Shown here piece after piece: positions 62,661 to 64,000 of a stretch of 64,000 nucleotides of DNA. The DNA comes from Phycisphaerae bacterium (GTDB taxonomy: Bacteria > Planctomycetota > Phycisphaerae > UBA1845). Every line of letters starts with the position of its first letter. Positions within the stretch are counted from its first letter, which is position 1. The notes beneath the pieces were generated by a model, which saw only the letters and a list, made by a program, of their open reading frames with translations, made no database searches and was not told where the DNA came from. A program made the position numbers and the translations under genes. Location of the stretch: the NCBI GenBank assembly GCA_963666835.2, contig CAXXGO010000001.1, positions 640,001 to 704,000 of the forward strand. Direction: 5' to 3'.

Positions 62661-64000
62661 ATGTCCGGAAAAACACTACACCTGGCGTTCCTTATGGCGG
62701 TCGGACTGACGTTTGCGGCGAGCGCTCAAACGGTCATTATTGACCCGCAGCCCATTCCTCCCGTGGTTCCTGATCCGGACTCGCCGCAGCCGCGACGTGT
62801 CCGGCCGGTGCGGCCGCCGCGTCCGGCGCGGGACATGGCGATGCAGGTTCGGAAGCAGCATGTCGAGGTATCCATCGTCGATGGGGTGGCGGTGACCGGA
62901 GTAGATCAGGTTTTCTTCAACCCGCACAACGCTACGGTGGAGGGTACGTACATCTTCCCGTTGGACGACGACGTTGCTTTGAGCAAGTTCACGATGTTCG
63001 TGAACGGGGTGGAGATTGAGGGCAAGCTCCTGGGGGTCGAAGAGGCCCGGCGTACGTACGAGTCGATCGTGGCGAAGATGCGCGACCCGGCTTTGCTCGA
63101 ATACGTCGGCACCCGCATGTTCCAGGCCCGCATTTTTCCCATCAATCCAAAGAGCGAGGTTCGGGTGCGGCTGGCGTACACGCAGATGCTCGAAACCAGC
63201 GGTGGACTCGTGCGGTATCGATATCCGCTGAACGTCGAAAAGCACATGGCCGGCGCGGTGGATGACCTGAGCATAGTGGTCAATCTCAAGAGTGCCGTCG
63301 GGATCAAAAGTGTCTTCAGTCCGTCACACAAAGTCTCGGTGAGTCGAGCCTCGGATTACCGAGCGAGCGCCAGCTATGAAGCCCAAAACGCGCACGCCGA
63401 TAAGGACTTCGAGCTTGTTTACGGGCTCAGCGACAAGGAGTTCGGTTTGACCGTGCTCACGCATCGTCAGGCCGGGCAAGACGGGTTCTTCCTGGCCCGA
63501 ATCTCCCCGCCGGCGAAGGCGACCGACGTGTTACCCAAGGATATTTCGTTTGTCGTGGATACGTCCGGGAGTATGTCGGGCGAGAAGATCCGGCAGGCCC
63601 AAGAGGCTCTGAACTTCTGTCTGGCGAATCTCAACCCGCAGGATCGGTTCAACGTGATCGCCTTTTCGCACGAGGCCGTGCCGTTCGAGACGGGCTTGAC
63701 CCCGGCGGTACCGGAGAATCTGGAGAAGGCCCGGCAGTTCGTCAACCGCCTCGATGCTACCGGAGGGACGAACATCAATGACGCCATTCTGTCAGCGTTG
63801 GGAGCTGCTCCGAGCGGTGTGGCGAGTCGGCCGTATCTGATCGTCTTTCTGACCGACGGCCAGCCCACTGTCGGCGTGACCGATCCGGAGGAGATCTTGA
63901 AGAACGTCGCGGCCGGTAATGCCAAGCGGGTTCGGCTCTTTGTTTTCGGGGTTGGGCATGACGTGAACACTCGACTGCTCGATCTTATGGCCGAGCAGAA
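62661..64000 (+). CDS. Secreted VIT plus vWA domain protein (3' truncated by window edge)
   Basis: GGAGG RBS; signal peptide; QVFFNP..VEGTYIFPL, RDPALLE (VIT); FVVDTSGSM MIDAS motif, GGTNI, FLTDG; not in the ORF track. Confidence 0.88.
   Translation, partial: MSGKTLHLAFLMAVGLTFAASAQTVIIDPQPIPPVVPDPDSPQPRRVRPVRPPRPARDMAMQVRKQHVEVSIVDGVAVTGVDQVFFNPHNATVEGTYIFPLDDDVALSKFTMFVNGVEIEGKLLGVEEARRTYESIVAKMRDPALLEYVGTRMFQARIFPINPKSEVRVRLAYTQMLETSGGLVRYRYPLNVEKHMAGAVDDLSIVVNLKSAVGIKSVFSPSHKVSVSRASDYRASASYEAQNAHADKDFELVYGLSDKEFGLTVLTHRQAGQDGFFLARISPPAKATDVLPKDISFVVDTSGSMSGEKIRQAQEALNFCLANLNPQDRFNVIAFSHEAVPFETGLTPAVPENLEKARQFVNRLDATGGTNINDAILSALGAAPSGVASRPYLIVFLTDGQPTVGVTDPEEILKNVAAGNAKRVRLFVFGVGHDVNTRLLDLMAEQ

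Overview
GC-rich bacterial window, most likely Planctomycetota (Phycisphaerae-like). That call is inferred from a dockerin-like C-terminal domain, an oversized UvrA, an RpoA starting MRIRWRGLELP and an atypical EF-Tu switch I. About 20.1-54.6 kb is the core translation/transcription supercluster: tRNA-Thr, tuf, rpmG, tRNA-Trp, secE, nusG, rplKAJL, rpoB, [GNAT], rpoC, rpsL, [bioY], rpsG, a divergent fusA, then the S10, spc and alpha operons. After it come HIT, yjbQ, aroC, tRNA-Ser, a signal-peptide-bearing TldD/TldE pair and a VIT-vWA gene. The first ~15 kb is accessory: a decayed islet with an AbiEi/AbiEii type IV TA pair, a secreted O-methyltransferase and a three-NBD UvrA. The best candidate for an undescribed system is a REP/RAYT locus. 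Two unrelated hairpin REP families (GTAG-type A, GTGG-type B) form BIME-like mosaic arrays next to a degenerate REP-associated HUH tyrosine transposase (RAYT) that the ORF track misses. A ~1.7-kb cargo (MenA/MenT-like TA pair plus an ACP-like membrane protein) is bracketed by a ~190-bp direct repeat containing the RAYT 3' end. A second REP array is bracketed by a perfect 29-bp duplication of a gene 3' end. All family assignments come from motif recognition by eye; no database searches were run.
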